Of a DNA stretch of 64,000 bases, positions 61,217 through 64,000 are shown one piece after another. Location of the stretch: positions 638,767-702,766 of the forward strand of contig RHPI01002990.1 of the NCBI GenBank assembly GCA_009103225.1, written 5' to 3'. The DNA comes from Chlorokybus atmophyticus (lineage: Eukaryota; Plantae; Mesostigma and Chlorokybus algae). The notes under the pieces are model-generated. The model saw only the letters and a list, made by a program, of their open reading frames with translations, had not been told where the DNA came from and searched no databases. The stretch's first letter is position 1. Every line of letters begins with the position of its first letter. A program made the position numbers and the translations under genes.

Positions 61217-64000
61217 ATGGCCGGGTTGGCGTGGGAGAGTAGATCGCTTGTGACGTTGGCGCTGGTGCTGAGCTTGCTGGTGACTTGGGTGGCTCCAGGA
61301 CATTGTGTGCAGTACCAGCTGTTGGCCTCTTTGAAGTCAGTTCGCTATCCAGCTTTTCAGCTCAGCAACGCCCAACTATCTGGCAATGCCTACGTTTTTG
61401 TCAGCCCCGACGACTTCATTGCGGAGGTCAAGTTCTATATGGACGACGCAGCTCGTGTCAGAGCGCCAATGTGAGTTTCGTGTATGGCACAGCATGCATG
61501 GCACATCTACACCTGTTTGTGCACTACGGCAGGAGTTGTTACCAGCTTGTGATACTGACTACCAGTTAGGCATGCCCAATTTAGCTGTTACATAACCCCC
61601 GGGCTCATGAACTGTCTTGTATACTGTCAAAGTTCACTGTTGCTGTGCTCTGCAAGCTGCAGGTCTCATACATGTTCAATTGCAGGCATGTGGAAACACG
61701 GGGGCCATTCGACTTGGTGGGCTCAACACCAGACAATCAGTATGCTACAGGATACAACTTCAATCGTCTTAGGCTTGCGCGCCACACTTTGACAGCAGCA
61801 ATCACGGATAATAAGGGAAAGGTGGTGATCGTTACTGCAGAATTCTCTGTTGTTGCGCGTGCACCGCCGCCGACCATTGCTGTGGCTGTGCCTCCGTATC
61901 GGTTCCTGGTGTCGTACAGGTCAGTTCTAGAAGATAGTCTCATGCTGGTAACTTGTTGGACATGCAGTGCGCTCAAATGCTGACTGAAATCAATGTGCAG
62001 GAGTACACGGACACCTGCATTCCCACTTGCAAGCGCTCGCACGCATTCCAACATTTTTGTCTTTGTATCACCATCTGCTTACATCGAAACTGTTGCTTTT
62101 TACTGGGATAACTTGCAGAACACTGGCAAACCATGGTAGGTGCACACCGTACGACTCACACTAGCTCTTCTTCATGTTCCAACCGCGTGCACACCTCATT
62201 CAGCTTATTGCCTTTGTTGGGTTCTCTTGCACATGTCGTAGTGGTGCAGAGTTGATGATTTGATACATTGCAGGAGTTTTGAGGATCGGGGGCCTTTTGA
62301 CCTTGCAGGGTCCATGGCTGACAACACATTGGCATTGCCGCTAGATACAACAAAGTTCCGCACGGGATCGCACACGCTTGGTGCAATCGTGACACTGAGC
62401 ACAAAAAAGCAGGTAACCCCGTACCCAACGCGCTTCAACCAATGGTCAAGGAGGCTGTCCTTGTAGTTCAGCTTATAGCCTCTTGTGGAAGAGCTTTCTC
62501 TTGCTGTGGCACTGTGAAGCTGTTACTGAAGGTTTTGGTTACAGCTCTGCACATCACCTGCAGTTGAAATTCTTTGCATTACCTTTCAACCCAGTCTTGA
62601 CCAGTTTCTGGTCTGTTATATTCACCATGATTGCACGTTACAGTCCTCGCTAACCCTCGTCGCCCCGCAGGTCAAGCTTTCATGCATGTTCTCAATAGCT
62701 CGCGACAGCGCTGGCGGAAGCATTCCTTTTGCTTTGAGGGTGTCATCCAGCAACAGGCGCAGTCCTAGCAGCTTGTTACAGGGCAGCAGCGTGCAAGGCC
62801 AGATCTATGTATTCCTGGATCCATATGATGCCTCAAGTCCAGTCTCATTTTACCTGGACGACCCTGGGCGTACAAGAGCACCTTGGTGAGTTGGCTCCGT
62901 AATGCTGTGGTGAGCATGCATCTCTTGATGTTAATTTGATTGAAGCGTACTTCAAATTGCCACTGGTTGGTTGCAAGAGTTCTGGTGTGTGGACGTTTGT
63001 TATTGCTGATAGCAGTCCATCACGCAGGTCTTTAGAAAAGCGAGCTCCATTTGATTTTGCTGGGACGGACAAGTTAACCGAGTGGGCACTCCCATTTGAT
63101 ACAAGCAAGATCAGAAGCGGCCAGCACACAATCACTGCAGCCATTGCGCAGGCGAGCGGCCTGGTTGTGGTCTCTGCAACTTTTACTGTTGACCCGCCGC
63201 TCAACTGTCCGCCAGAGTTGGCACCAGATCCAAGGTGCAAGCCAGTCATTGCGCCCTTGCCATTTACGTTTACTTGGGGGGGAGATCGCGGTGGTAAAGT
63301 CTTTGACAGAAACGGACTGGGCACCGGGTTCACATATGTGGAGAGGGTGAGTTTCTGTCTTGGCATGCAAAGATGCCCCAATTGCATGATATGTAGTGCT
63401 GACAGCTTGGTCGTATTGTTGCAGGAAACTAACAACAATGGAGGCTACCTTCCTCGGAATTTACTCATTGACACGGCAGCAAGAACGCTCACAATTACAG
63501 CAACGCCAGGAGAGTCCTTTGAGAACAAAAACAATCAAGACAACAAGCTGGGGATTGGCATTGCACCACCCAGTGACATTATCTTGGTAAGATGCACTGT
63601 ATGGACAATGTGAACATGTTTTGTGTTGGTGTTGGTTTTGCGGTTTGTGACAGTGTGGTATACCAAAGTGGCATGCGTATATTGGCGCTACCTGTGCCGA
63701 CATGCCTTGAGATGCATGCCTGTGTTTGCTTTCTAGTGTACTGTAACAGACTCGCGACATTTGCCCTAAGCTACAAGGCTGCATTCACGCTCCGCGCAGC
63801 AAAAGCAATGCAAGACAATTCTTGGGGTGCATATCTTGATGACCAATGCGTGTGTGCAGGTGTCAACAACTGTTGTGAACCCACCGATTGGTTACAAGCA
63901 GTTTGAACAGGCGGGTGTTTGGTTTGGGTCAGATCAGGATAACTATGCAAAATTGACTGTCCAGGTATGCTTGGCTTGAGTATGCATTTATTGTGTATTG
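61217..64000 (+). CDS. Secreted protein with three bacterial-type Ig-like repeats and a ConA/LamG-like beta-sandwich; continues beyond the window
   Basis: Signal peptide LVTLALVLSLLVTWVAPGHC; repeats GNAYVFVSP..VKFYMDD..RAP-MHVETRGPFDLVG..HTLTAAI..AEFSV, NIFVFVSP..VAFYWDN..KP-WSFEDRGPFDLAG..DTTKFRTGSHTL, GQIYVFLDP..VSFYLDDP..RAP-WSLEKRAPFDFAG..PFDTSKIRSGQHTITAAI..ATFTV; then DRNGLGTGFT..YLPRNL..LTITAT.G..NNQDNKLGIG..FEQAGVWFGSDQDNYAKL. Confidence 0.85.

Overview
Eukaryotic, intron-rich nuclear DNA, not prokaryotic. Plant-type genes, telo-boxes, a ciliary gene (CFAP410) and a chromovirus point to a flagellated green alga, possibly an early streptophyte (inference). Gene-dense stretches encode a triple RanBP2-zinc-finger protein, CFAP410, MAP65/PRC1, an 84-aa three-exon microprotein, a PWI-domain SRRM1-like splicing factor, SMARCC/SWI3, Vps55, ZNF593/Bud20, a trihelix-like protein, an orphan, a type I membrane protein and, running off the right end, a secreted protein built from bacterial-looking Ig-like repeats. 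About 30.7-47 kb is a transposon graveyard: a multi-level nest (two diverged solo-LTR-like repeats, a solo LTR, and a Ty3/gypsy chromovirus whose integrase is split by a hAT element, with three TSDs verified), a pogo/Tigger transposase pseudogene and possible piggyBac relics. The left end has a TA-flanked MITE and a decayed Penelope-like reverse transcriptase. Best leads: the bacterial-type Ig-repeat protein (horizontal-transfer candidate with position-identical introns in all three repeats), the SMARCC combining the animal-type N-terminal module with a ZZ finger, and the Penelope-like relic. All calls come from manual motif reading; no database searches were run, and exon boundaries are predictions.
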